Shown: positions 10,555 to 21,706 of the stretch, piece after piece
Layout: every line of letters begins with the position of its first letter
Numbering within the stretch: position 1 is the first letter of the stretch
Assembly (NCBI GenBank): GCA_004764695.1
Contig: SMSO01000025.1
Location: forward strand, 2,108,001 to 2,172,000
From: Schizochytrium sp. TIO01
Lineage: Eukaryota; Protista; Bigyra: Labyrinthulomycetes
DNA: 64,000 bases
Direction: 5' to 3'
The notes under the pieces: model-generated
Database searches by the model: none
What the model was told of the DNA's origin: nothing
The model's input: the letters and a program-made list of their open reading frames with translations, nothing else
Made by a program: the position numbers and the translations under genes

Positions 10555-12897
10555 CTACAAACCTCTCAGGAGAGCGCGTACATTTACAGGGTTTCTGGTT
10601 CCTGAACTCGTACGGTAAAAGTGTTCTATAGGTATTGCAAGATCTCGCATCGATCCCAGTGTCTGCAGAGTAGCACGCACGACTACACCTTCATTACTAG
10701 AGACTGAGATGTTGAAGTCCACAGGAAACGAACCAAGTGGGTCGCAATGCTCATTTACACACAGTAACGAAGAGCTATGTATTGACATAAAGTTGGCAGG
10801 AGCATGCCGAACCACAACCTCCATCGCAAGTTGATTATGCTGAACCTCATGTAACTCCATATGAGCAATCGTCGACAATGTATTGACAACAAGAGGCTCG
10901 CTAATTGAGTCTTGAAATATCTGACCATCTCCAGTAAGAACAGCAGCATAAATCTTTGTTTCTTGACCCAACTGCAACCTTCCTGGATCGGCATATACAT
11001 TTTGCACATGGTTGTCGAACAAAAAATAACATTGTGGTGGAGGATACGAGAAGTTTTTGTGTCCATACTGAAGACAGAACTGAGTGCACCGGTGTTTCGC
11101 AGACCATTCCTCCGGGGATATACCAGGAAGAAGGTCTACAGCTGTTTCAAGCCTCAGATCTGGGTGAAAGCTTACATTTTGCATCGTTTGTGCTGCTGGC
11201 CAGTTGCCAGGATGCAATTCAACTCTTGCTCTTGCAAGTAAACTGCTTGAGCTCTGTCGAATACGAAGTTCATCTTTGTTATTTTCAGCACAACCGGTAG
11301 TAGTCGATCGTTGATACTCACTCTCAGTTTTGGACCCATAGCCTGGATTTGAACTTTTGGAATAGACCAACCATGGAACAGACTTGTAGGCTACAATGTA
11401 CTTCAAGGTCCACGCTTCTGCAAGAAACCAATCCACTCCTTGCGGCATACCAAATTTGTGAAATACATTGAGCAAGCGTCTGGCCCCTCGCTTCCGAAGC
11501 ATATATCCGTGGGTTCCAGTCCCAACACTCCTACTAGTGCTGGGAAATGCTTCCACACCATCCCAAACATGAATCCCTGGAATAAATATCGGATCGTCGT
11601 TGAAGCCAAGCATCATGATGTCCCAGCGAGGATCTGACATTAACAAAGAGTGGCCTGGGCCTCGCTTCCATCTGTCAGCCACGTCTTTTGCAAAGTAAAA
11701 ATCGTCCTCCAATATGATGATACTATCTAGATCACTCAAGTCGGTTCGCTTCGATAGCTTTGTCCAAAGTAAAATATGCGTTGCAGAGCATCCCAGAACA
11801 CCTGGACGGAATCCATGGCCAGTATAAGGGTTGGTTACATTGAACCCATCTGTACGAAATGAATTACGAAGTTCAGTAGTAATAGCGAGTTCTTTACGCC
11901 CATTGATAGCGCGGAAGCGCTCGTGCTTAGGCCAGAGATTATCAAGACCTGCAGTCCGGAAGTTCTCACGAGCCTCTGCCCAGCGGCCACTGTAGTCCTC
12001 ATCCATATTGGCAACATAAACGTTGGCCACTTTTCCAATTGAATGCAGAGTTGTATCGGGTCTATCGCTGTCCAAAATTTGAGGCTTCAGAACGGCGACA
12101 AAGAAATTCTCCTGTTCCAAGACGTGAAAACCGTGGACATTAAACACTGATTGTATTGCACTAGTAAGTTCCCCAAGCACCACCACTTTGCCCATTGACG
12201 GGAGGCCTTGAGCAATTAGTTGGATATCCAAATCTGTCACTTGAGTTTTATTGACAACGAGGACTCTCGGTCGACGTTGTCGGAAGATATCTGTCTTCAA
12301 GATAGTTTTGCTAATCGCCATGCACAGTGTTCCAGGAGCGTTTAAATAAGATTGTGGCTCTTCATAGGTAATGAATGGAGAATCAAACAAAGTGATGCCA
12401 GAGTTGTTGAGCCTTGCGAGCGTAAAATCCCAAATGCATGAGTCTATTACGTAGACACAGTCCAGCCATAAAGCTGGCGAAGGATTATCCCAGAATCTCT
12501 GAACTTCATCTTTTCGTAATGCGAACATACTTTGATAATAGGAGAGGTCTTCAACAACAATATCTGATGAAGATGACAGTTCGACAAGTCCGTTTTCTGC
12601 ATAGCTCCTCAAAACTGATTGGTCTGCATCTTCAAATGCTGTTGTGTGCAATGTGATATACTGGACTTCCTCCCCTATCATATTTGTCGGAATCTGTAGA
12701 CAAGAGCGTCTTTCCCGCACGCTCACAAACGGCATCCAAACAGAGCCGCCTTTCTGAGCATCCCCACAAGTATTGACAACAGCCTCGCCACGAATTTTGA
12801 GGATAGTTGATACTAGCACGAACAGCTGAAGCATAGCTGCCGCAATCGCCATAAACTGACGGCTCCATCGCACCAAGCTGCAGTGGGATGCCTTCAT
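10555..12897 (-). CDS. GT25-family glycosyltransferase, array copy 4 (intact)
   Basis: ORF is open to 12963, ATG at 12897 (MKASHCS..); all GT25 motifs as in copy 1. Confidence 0.8.
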   Translation of the reverse strand: MKASHCSLVRWSRQFMAIAAAMLQLFVLVSTILKIRGEAVVNTCGDAQKGGSVWMPFVSVRERRSCLQIPTNMIGEEVQYITLHTTAFEDADQSVLRSYAENGLVELSSSSDIVVEDLSYYQSMFALRKDEVQRFWDNPSPALWLDCVYVIDSCIWDFTLARLNNSGITLFDSPFITYEEPQSYLNAPGTLCMAISKTILKTDIFRQRRPRVLVVNKTQVTDLDIQLIAQGLPSMGKVVVLGELTSAIQSVFNVHGFHVLEQENFFVAVLKPQILDSDRPDTTLHSIGKVANVYVANMDEDYSGRWAEARENFRTAGLDNLWPKHERFRAINGRKELAITTELRNSFRTDGFNVTNPYTGHGFRPGVLGCSATHILLWTKLSKRTDLSDLDSIIILEDDFYFAKDVADRWKRGPGHSLLMSDPRWDIMMLGFNDDPIFIPGIHVWDGVEAFPSTSRSVGTGTHGYMLRKRGARRLLNVFHKFGMPQGVDWFLAEAWTLKYIVAYKSVPWLVYSKSSNPGYGSKTESEYQRSTTTGCAENNKDELRIRQSSSSLLARARVELHPGNWPAAQTMQNVSFHPDLRLETAVDLLPGISPEEWSAKHRCTQFCLQYGHKNFSYPPPQCYFLFDNHVQNVYADPGRLQLGQETKIYAAVLTGDGQIFQDSISEPLVVNTLSTIAHMELHEVQHNQLAMEVVVRHAPANFMSIHSSSLLCVNEHCDPLGSFPVDFNISVSSNEGVVVRATLQTLGSMRDLAIPIEHFYRTSSGTRNPVNVRALLRGL

Positions 12898-13027
12898 GAC
12901 AACCACAAAGTCCAACTGCAGAGAGCACCAATTGATCGCGATCAAAATCAAGTCTGCCTTCAATCATACTTAGCACAAAGTGTATTCTGAAAGAAGTCTT
13001 TGCTGACAATTGCACATTACTGTCTGC

Positions 13028-13053
13028 TAGGTAGGTAGGTAGGTAGGTAGGTA
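13028..13053. repeat. (TAGG)6 microsatellite ~130 bp upstream of the copy 4 ATG; (TAGG)6 also at 16234-16259 and (TAGG)4 at 9830-9847
   Basis: Read directly from the sequence. Confidence 0.85.
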
Positions 13054-13757
13054 TTACCAGCAATACTTTTCGGTTCAATCAATACTCCTAAAGTTCAACA
13101 GGTCGTGGTGCTAACTAGATCCTATAGGTTTGAATAAAATTCTCGTTGACTTTTAATTTTAATTTTTCTGTAATATAAAAAGTTTTCGTTCACTTTTAAT
13201 TTTATTTTTACTGTGATATAAAACATTTTAAATAAAAAGATTAACGATCTAAATTGGCAACAAAGAACAAACAAGACTAGCTAGGCCTAGATGTTGTACA
13301 TAAACTGAGCAACGAATAAAGGGTTGCTTGTTGCTAGAGCAAAGCGCTCTGAATATAGAACGCCGTTTGTGAATATTCTTGAAGAAAACCCCTGTAGAGG
13401 CCCCAACTATCCAGAAATCTCAACGCTCAAAAGAAAGGTGTAATAAATTTTTGCTTTACGTACGTTCTCATTACATTGTTTTAATTCAACTTGATCTTGA
13501 GCAGCATAAATTTTGCTGTGTAAATGCTCTCATTCAATATTTATCTGCAATCCAAATATCTCCAGTGAACTAGTTTGTATGGTTTTCCTTTTTTAGTGTT
13601 TCCCTTTCACTCGTGAAGCCGAAGCATCTCGATATAGTGACACTGGTATCGTTCATATATAATAAAACTGTAATTTTTCATGGGCATCGAATATTGATGA
13701 AGATGCAATCTTCTTCGACAGATTTTGCGAGATGTGCATGTCTACAAACTGAGCCGT

Positions 13758-16103
13758 CTACAAACCTCTCAGGAGAGCGCGTACATTTACAGGGTTTCTG
13801 GTTCCGGAACTCGTACGGTAAAAGTGTTCTATAGGTATAGCAAGATCTCGCATCGATCCCAGTGTCTGTAGTGTAGCACGCACGACTACACCTTCATTAC
13901 TAGAGACTGAGATGTTGAAGTCCACAGGAAACGAACCAAGTGGGTCGCAATGCTCATTTACACACAGTAACGAAGAGCTATGTATTGACATAAAGTTGGC
14001 AGGAGCATGCCGAACCACAACCTCCATCGCAAGTTGATTATGCTGAACCTCATGTACCTCCATATGAGCAATCGTCGACAACGTATTGACAACAAGAGGC
14101 TCGCTAATTGAGTCTTGAAATATCTGACCATCTCCAGTAAGAACAGCAGCATAAATCTTTATTTCTTGACCCAACTGCAACCTTCCTGGATCGGCATATA
14201 CATTTTGCACATGGTTGTCGAACAAAAAAAAACATTGTGGTGGAGGATACGAGAAGTTTTTGTGTCCGTACTGAAGACAGAACTGAGCGCACCGGTGTTT
14301 CGCAGACCATTCCTCCGAGGATATGACAGGAAGAAGGTCTACAGCTGTTTCAAGCCTCAGATCTGGGTGAAAGCTTACATTTTGCATCGTTTGTGCTGCT
14401 GGCCAGTTGCCAGGATGCAATTCAACTCTTGCTCTTGCAAGTAAACTGCTTGAGCTCTGTCGAATACGAAGTTCATCTTTGTTATTTTCAGCACAACCGG
14501 TAGTAGTCGATCGTTGATACTCACTCTCAGTTTTGGACCCATAGCCTGGATTTGAACTTTTGGAATAGACCAACCATGGAACAGACTTGTAGGCTACAAT
14601 GTACTTCAAGGTCCACGCTTCTGCAAGAAACCAATCCACTCCTTGCGGCATACCAAATTTGTGAAATACATTGAGCAAGCGTCTGGCCCCTCGCTTCCGA
14701 AGCATATATCCGTGGGTTCCAGTCCCAACACTCCTACTAGTGCTGGGAAATGCTTCCACACCATCCCAAACATGAATCCCTGGAATAAATACCGGATCGT
14801 CGTTGAAGCCAAGCATCATGATGTCCCAGCGAGGATCTGACATTAACAAAGAGTGTCCTGGGCCTCGCTTCCATCTGTCAGCCACGTCTTTTGCAAAGTA
14901 AAAATCGTCCTCCAATATGATGATGCTGTCTAGATCACTCAAGTCGGTTCGCTTCGATAGCTTTGTCCAAAGTAAAATATGCGTTGCAGAGCATCCCAGA
15001 ACACCTGGACGGAATCCATGGCCAGTATAAGGGTTGGTTACATTGAACCCATCTGTACGAAATAAATTACGAAGTTCAGTAGTAATAGCAAGTTCTTTAC
15101 GCCCATTGATAGCGCGGAAGCGCTCGTGCTTAGGCCAGAGATTATCAAGACCTGCAGTCCGGAAGTTCTCACGAGCCTCTGCCCAGCGGCCACTGTAGTC
15201 CTCATCCATATTGGCAACATAAACGTTGGCCACTTTTCCAATTGAATGCAGAGTTGTATCGGGTCTATCGCTGTCCAAAATTTGAGGCTTCAGAACGGCG
15301 ACAAAGAAATTCTCCTGTTCCAAGACGTGAAAACCGTGGACATTAAACACTGATTGTATTGCACTGGTAAGGTCCCCAAGCACCACTACTTTGCCCATTG
15401 ACGGGAGGCCTTGAGCAATTAGTTGGATATCCAAATCTGTCACTTGAGTTTTATTGACAACGAGGACTCTCGGTCGACGTTGACGGAAGAGATCTGTCTT
15501 CAAGATAGTTTTGCTAATCGCCATACACAGTGTTCCAGGAGCGTTTAAATAAGATTGTGGCTCTTCATAGGTAATGAATGGAGAATCAAACAAAGTGATG
15601 CCAGAGTTGTTGAGCCTCGCAAGCGTAAACTCCCAAATGCATGAGTCTATTACGTAGACACAGTCAAGCCATAAAGCTGGCGAAGGATTATCCCAGAATC
15701 TCTGAACTTCATCTTTTCGTAATGCGAACATACTTTGATAATAGGAGAGATGTTCAACAACAATATCTGAAGAAACAGAAGATAGTTCAACAAGTCCGTT
15801 TTCTGCATAGCTCCTCAAAACTGATTGGTCTGCATCTTCAAATGCTGTTGTGTGCAATGTGGTATACTGGACTTCCTCCCCTATCATATCCGTCGGAATC
15901 TGTAGACAAGAGCGTCTTTCCCGCACGCTCACAAACGGCATCCAAACAGAGCCGCCTTTCTGAGCATCCCCACAAGTATTGACAACAGCCTCGCCACGAA
16001 TTTTGAGGATAGTTGATACTAGCACGAACAGCTGAAGCATAGCTGCCGCAATCGCCATAAACTGACGGCTCCATCGCACCAAGCTGCAGTGGGATGCCTT
16101 CAT
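13758..16103 (-). CDS. GT25-family glycosyltransferase, array copy 5 (intact)
   Basis: Near-identical to copy 4 with one extra codon; ATG at 16103; ORF is open to 16169. Confidence 0.8.
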   Translation of the reverse strand: MKASHCSLVRWSRQFMAIAAAMLQLFVLVSTILKIRGEAVVNTCGDAQKGGSVWMPFVSVRERRSCLQIPTDMIGEEVQYTTLHTTAFEDADQSVLRSYAENGLVELSSVSSDIVVEHLSYYQSMFALRKDEVQRFWDNPSPALWLDCVYVIDSCIWEFTLARLNNSGITLFDSPFITYEEPQSYLNAPGTLCMAISKTILKTDLFRQRRPRVLVVNKTQVTDLDIQLIAQGLPSMGKVVVLGDLTSAIQSVFNVHGFHVLEQENFFVAVLKPQILDSDRPDTTLHSIGKVANVYVANMDEDYSGRWAEARENFRTAGLDNLWPKHERFRAINGRKELAITTELRNLFRTDGFNVTNPYTGHGFRPGVLGCSATHILLWTKLSKRTDLSDLDSIIILEDDFYFAKDVADRWKRGPGHSLLMSDPRWDIMMLGFNDDPVFIPGIHVWDGVEAFPSTSRSVGTGTHGYMLRKRGARRLLNVFHKFGMPQGVDWFLAEAWTLKYIVAYKSVPWLVYSKSSNPGYGSKTESEYQRSTTTGCAENNKDELRIRQSSSSLLARARVELHPGNWPAAQTMQNVSFHPDLRLETAVDLLPVISSEEWSAKHRCAQFCLQYGHKNFSYPPPQCFFLFDNHVQNVYADPGRLQLGQEIKIYAAVLTGDGQIFQDSISEPLVVNTLSTIAHMEVHEVQHNQLAMEVVVRHAPANFMSIHSSSLLCVNEHCDPLGSFPVDFNISVSSNEGVVVRATLQTLGSMRDLAIPIEHFYRTSSGTRNPVNVRALLRGL

Positions 16104-17014
16104 GACAACCACAAAGTCCAACTGCAGAGAGCACCAATTGATCGCGATCAAAATCAAGTCTGCCTTCAATCATACTTAGCACAAAGTGTATTCTGAAAGA
16201 AGTCTTTGCTGACAATTGCACATTACTGTCTGCTAGGTAGGTAGGTAGGTAGGTAGGTATTACCAGCAATACTTTTCGGTTCAATCAATACTCCTAAAAG
16301 TAAAGTTCAACAGGTCGTGGCGCTAACTAGGTCCTTAGTTGGATTATAGGTTTGTTTAAAATTCTCGTTGACTTTTAATTTTATTTTTACTGTGATATAA
16401 AAAATTCTCGTTGACTTTTAATTTTAATTTTTCTGTAATATAAAAAGCTTTCGTTCACTTTTAATTTTATTTTTACTGTGATATAAAACATTTTAAATAA
16501 AAAGATTAACGTGGCAACAAAGAACAAACAAGACTAGCTAGGCCTAGATGTTGTACATAGACTCAGCAACGAATAAAGGGTTGCTTGTTGCTAGAGCAAA
16601 GCGCTCTGAATATAGAACGCCGTTTGTGAATATTCTTGAAGAAAACCCCTGTAGAGACACTAACTATCCAGAAATCTCAACGCTCAAAAGAAAGGCGTAA
16701 TAAATTTTTGCTTTACGTACGTTCTCATTCCATTGTTTTAATTCAACTTGATCTTGAGCAGCATAAATTTTGCTGTGTAAATGCTCTCATTCAATATTTA
16801 TCTGCAATCCAAATTTCTCCAGTGAACTAGTTTGTATGGTTTTGCTTTTTTAATGGTTCCCTTTCACTCGTGAAGCCGAAGCATCTCGGTATAGTGACAC
16901 TGGTATCGTTCATATATAATAAAACTGTAATTTTTCATGGGCATCGAATATTGATGAAGATGCAATCCTCTTCGACAGATTTTGCGAGATGTGCATGTCT
17001 ACAAACTGAGCCGT

Positions 17015-19387
17015 CTACAAGCCTCTCAGGAGAGCGCGTACATTTACAGGGTTTCTGGTTCCGGAACTCGTACGGTAAAAGTGTTCAATAGGTATTGCAA
17101 GATCTCGCATCGATCCCAATGTTTGTAGAGTAGCACGCACGGCCACACCTTCATCACTAGAGACTGAGATGTTGAAGTCTATAGGAAACGAACCAAGTGG
17201 GTCGCAATGCTCATTTACACACAGTAACGAAGAGCTATGTATTGACATAAAGTTGGCAGGAGCATTACGAACCACAACCTCCAGCGCAAGTTGATTATGC
17301 TGTACCTCATATAGCTCCATATGAGCGACTGTTGTAGAAGCATTGACAATAAGAGGTTCACTTATTGAGTTTTCCCATATCTGGCTATCTGCAGTAAGCA
17401 AAGCAACGAAGATTTTGGTTTCTTGACCTATTTTCATTCTCTCTGGATCAGAATATATGCTCTGAACATGGTTGTCGAACAGGAAATAGCATTGTGGCGG
17501 AGGATAAGAGAAGTTTTTGTGTCCGTATTGAAGACACAACTGTGCGCAGGGGTGTTTGGCTAGCATATCCTCTGAAGACACGCCCGAGATAAGCTCTACA
17601 CCTACCTTGAGAAGTAAATCCGGATGAAGAATGGGGGTTTCTATGCTATATGTCACTGGAAAATTATCAGGATGCAACGAGAGATTCGTTATTCCAGGAC
17701 TGTCACATATGGAAGGGTTCCCCAAGCAGCTTAGCATATTTGATTTCTCATTGTTATACTTGGGGCACGCTGCAGTTCTCGAACGAACATATCCTCCCTC
17801 AGTATGAGACTTGTAGCCAAGCTTTTTACTCTTTGCATAGACTAGCCATGGAACAGACTTGTATGCCACAATGTGCTTTTGAACCCATGCTTCAATGATG
17901 AAATGATCTACTCCTTGTGGCATTCCCAACGTGTGTACAAGACGGAGTAATCGTTTTGCCCCTCGCTTCCGAATTATATATCCGTGGGACCCATAGCCAA
18001 GACTTCTGCTTGTGCTAGGAAATGCTTCAACACCATCCCATACTGGAATTCCTGGAGAAAAAACTGCATCGCTATCAAACCCAAGCATCATGACATCCCA
18101 CCGTGGATCAGACATTGATAACGAATGGCCTGGACCCCCTTCCCACAAGTTAGCCACATCTTTTGCAAAGTAAAAATCATCCTCCAAAATGATGATACTA
18201 TCAAGATCAGTCAAGTCGGTTCGTTTCGATAGCTTTGTCCAAAGTAGAATGTGCGTTGCAGAGCACCCAAGGGCACCTTGGCGGAAACCGTGCCCTTTAT
18301 AAGGGTTTCTTACCTTGAACCCATCTATACGAAACAAATTGCGAAGCTCAGCAGTAATAGCAAGTTCTTTTTGCCCATTGATAGCGCGGAACCGCTCGTG
18401 TTTAGGCCAGAGATTATCAAGACCTGCGGTGGGAAAGTTCTCACAAGCCTCTGGCCAGCGTTCGATATAGTCTTCATCCATATTGGCAACATAAACGTTG
18501 GCCACTTTTCCAATTGAATGCAGCGTTGTATTGGGGCTATCGCTCTGCATAATTTGGGGTTTTAAAACTGCAACAAAGAAATTCTCCTGTTCCAAGATGT
18601 GAAAACCGTGAACCTCAAACATTGCTTGTATTGCACTGGTAAGATCCCCAAGCACCACCACCTTGCCCATTGACGGGAGGCCTTGAGCAATTAGTTGGAT
18701 ATCCAGATCTGTCACTTGAGTTTTAGTGACAACAAGGACTCTTGGTCGACGTTGTCGGAAGAGATCTGCCTTCAAGATAGTTTTGCTAATTGCCATGCAC
18801 AATGTTCCAGGGGCGTTTAAATAAGCTTGTGGCTCTTCATAGTTAATGAATGGAGAATCAAACAAAGTGATGCCGGAGTTATTGAGCCTCGCGAGCGTAA
18901 AATCCCAAATGCATGAGTCCATGACATAGACACAGTCAAGCCAGAATGTTTTTCCAGGATTATCCCAGAATCTTTGAACTTCATCTCTTCGAAATGCAAA
19001 CATACTTTGATAATATGAGAGGTCTTCAACCAGTATTTCTGAAGAGAGAGAAGTTAGTTTAGAAAGTTCCCTTTCTGCATAGCTCATCATGATGGATTCG
19101 TCAGCTTCTTCAAATCCTGTTGTGTGCAGCGTGATATAATCGACAACATCTCCTACCTTCCTCATTGGAATATTGAGACAAGAACGTTTCTCCAGCACGC
19201 TGACAAACGGCATCCACGCAGAGCCGCCCATCGGGTTGTCCTCGCAAGTAGCGTTTGAGTTGACAACAACCTCGCCACGAGTTTCGAGAATATTCGACCC
19301 TACCAATAACAGCAGTATAGCTGTTGCAATTAGCACATCCCAATGGCCCCATCGCACCCATTTGCAGCGAGTTTTGGGCGCCTTCAT
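17015..19387 (-). CDS. GT25-family glycosyltransferase, array copy 6 (intact, divergent mosaic)
   Basis: ATG at 19387 (MKAPKTR..); motifs RFRAING, GALGCSATH, ILEDDF, GSHGYIIRKRGAKRLL. Confidence 0.8.
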   Translation of the reverse strand: MKAPKTRCKWVRWGHWDVLIATAILLLLVGSNILETRGEVVVNSNATCEDNPMGGSAWMPFVSVLEKRSCLNIPMRKVGDVVDYITLHTTGFEEADESIMMSYAERELSKLTSLSSEILVEDLSYYQSMFAFRRDEVQRFWDNPGKTFWLDCVYVMDSCIWDFTLARLNNSGITLFDSPFINYEEPQAYLNAPGTLCMAISKTILKADLFRQRRPRVLVVTKTQVTDLDIQLIAQGLPSMGKVVVLGDLTSAIQAMFEVHGFHILEQENFFVAVLKPQIMQSDSPNTTLHSIGKVANVYVANMDEDYIERWPEACENFPTAGLDNLWPKHERFRAINGQKELAITAELRNLFRIDGFKVRNPYKGHGFRQGALGCSATHILLWTKLSKRTDLTDLDSIIILEDDFYFAKDVANLWEGGPGHSLSMSDPRWDVMMLGFDSDAVFSPGIPVWDGVEAFPSTSRSLGYGSHGYIIRKRGAKRLLRLVHTLGMPQGVDHFIIEAWVQKHIVAYKSVPWLVYAKSKKLGYKSHTEGGYVRSRTAACPKYNNEKSNMLSCLGNPSICDSPGITNLSLHPDNFPVTYSIETPILHPDLLLKVGVELISGVSSEDMLAKHPCAQLCLQYGHKNFSYPPPQCYFLFDNHVQSIYSDPERMKIGQETKIFVALLTADSQIWENSISEPLIVNASTTVAHMELYEVQHNQLALEVVVRNAPANFMSIHSSSLLCVNEHCDPLGSFPIDFNISVSSDEGVAVRATLQTLGSMRDLAIPIEHFYRTSSGTRNPVNVRALLRGL

Positions 19388-20516
19388 CGCATCTGCGTAG
19401 TGAAACACGCAGCAAGACCAGGTGAACGCGAGTTTGCCTTCGACCTCACCAAATGCATAGTGTAATTAAAAGGAAGTCCCTATAGACAACTGTACAATAA
19501 TAGCACGATCACACTCAAATATGAAGGGAAACATTTATATATGACACATTTATATATTTATATATATATTGGTGATCCGTGACTAGCACTTAGAGTTTAA
19601 GCTAGTAGCTTTAAATCTTTTGCAAAAATGCATTTTCTACGGGGTCGAAGTGGGATTAAGTGGGTCTAAAACTAACCCGCGATCCAAGGACAACTCCTAA
19701 ACCATGCCCTTGGATGGGTAGCGCAATATAATAACAGTGCCTCTGGCGGGGCGGATATCACGATCGGCAATTCGTTTGCATTAAAAATAAAAAATAAACC
19801 TTGGATGATCCGAGCTCGTCGTGGATGGTACCACATTCATTATGTTTTTGAGGCGGCGAATGACCCGTTTACACCGCTGCCAGGGGAAAAGATCGTCTTC
19901 GTGAATAAGGCCAACGAATGACGCATCATTCGAGATGCCTTGGTTTTGACCCATCTTGCGAGCTTCTTGTCGAGGTTTCAATTTAGGCAAAAGCATAACA
20001 CCGGAGTCTTCACAGAGTCATAGTGCAAGCTGGCGGTGAATCTCGGTTGTTTAGGAGGGAGCGCAAGCCCAGCCTGCTGAAGTTTTCACGTTTGCTGATG
20101 TCTTTATAGATGGCAGCTGACTATATGGGCGTCTACACGAATGAATACTTTACTCATACAATCGTCCAATAATTATTATTACTTAGTGTCAATTTTAAAA
20201 ACTTATTAAAGACATAGTTCTCCTGTGATACTCAGGGTGACACTATGATAGAGTACAAGAAGTTTCATTCCGCCCACATGAACCTCTGTTAAATAGTACC
20301 TAGATAGGTAAGCTTACATTCTTTTTTGCACTTTTCACAAACTTTCTTTGCATCAACATAGCACTTTCAATTAATAGTCTTAGAAGACTCCTGTTCAGAG
20401 ATTACAATTTCACTTCTATCCCAGAATATTTAAAATTAGGTAAGAGACAACCTCTTAGTGAAAATTTTGTTGATTAAAATACTAAAACGATATCTTTCAT
20501 CAATTTTTAAATTAAG

Positions 20517-20717
20517 AAAAATATGTAGGCCAATAGGTATACCTCGTCAAAAATATTGTCCTAGGTTTGTTTTAGCTATTAAAAAAAATATGTGTATATT
20601 TTTTCTTTAATGTTAAAAAAAAATAAAAAAATAAAAAAAAAATAGTAGTTTTATTATATTTTAAAACAAACCTAGGACTACTATGTTTTATATGCACATA
20701 TTCGCCTACATGTTTTT
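20517..20717. repeat. Fold-back / MITE-like element with nested inverted repeats around an A/T-rich core
   Basis: Perfect 17-bp IR gtcctaggtttgtttta (20558-20574) / taaaacaaacctaggac (20662-20678), inside a 17/19 IR at 20517-20535 / 20699-20717. Confidence 0.6.
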
Positions 20718-21706
20718 AATTTTTAGTTTGTCTCACGAGATAAAACCGACCACTTGCTCCTTTGACCTCGCGTAAAGTTTGCTTGTGACGTTCCGCAAAC
20801 CATCGAATGTTACTCCTTCACTCGTTTACGATATAAGTGAACTACGCCATCTTGAATTGAGTGATAATGACCAAAAACACTTTCGTAGAATGAAGTCGAG
20901 CCTTGGTTCTTGTGTGGCTGGTAGAACTCATCAAGTGACAAGACAAAACGGAGGAGATGCTGAGTTACAACATGCAATCATTACCCAATCAGCCTAACTA
21001 CGTAGGGGGGTCGAACTTTTTGTTTAAGTTTGTATGAAGCTTCACACCAGCTCAGACCAAAACTTGTACAACTGTCCTGCTCCCGTTTAACTTCACTTCT
21101 AGATGCCATCGGCTTTGACTTAGGCTGAATGTTGATTGTCTCCTATCATTTGGTCCTCTGACACTGTGAAGGAAAACTTCATGGTTTGGCAAGACTTTTC
21201 GCAATATCACATCCACAATTTTCAGACACTATTGTGCAAGCACATGCGCGTTTCCCTACCAACATGACGCAAACAGAACAACGCATATTCTTTTGGGATC
21301 TATGCCCCCGCCTCTAGAGGGAGGCTCGTAGAAAGACCCCACTTCAGTCGGTTGCATGCACAGATCTGCTTCGTGCGAGCGAAGCTACTTTTACAAAACA
21401 GAAGTGACGTTGATGAAATAACCACGAACAAGCGATACATCAAAGAAGTATTAAGAATTTCTCAAAGTTCTATTGTCAGCTTACAAAGTTTTCCTTCTTG
21501 TTTTCAATACAACATAAACCAAGTAATATTCTTGTATATTTTCTTGCACTCCAAAGTTTTCATGGAAGCTTTATCAAGCTCGCAACTCGAGTCAAAGCAA
21601 TCAACCATTATGACGTTGTTCTTCTCAATAGATAGTAAACATTAACATAAGTAGAATAGGAAAATCTTTTCATACTTTACCGTATTATCTATTTTCCATC
21701 TCCACG

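Noticed and set aside
19781-21645. Short ORFs in the copy 6-7 spacer, one with an LRR-like LRHLELSDN
   Set aside because: A single motif, non-ATG starts and no supporting repeats or transposase signature; not supportable.
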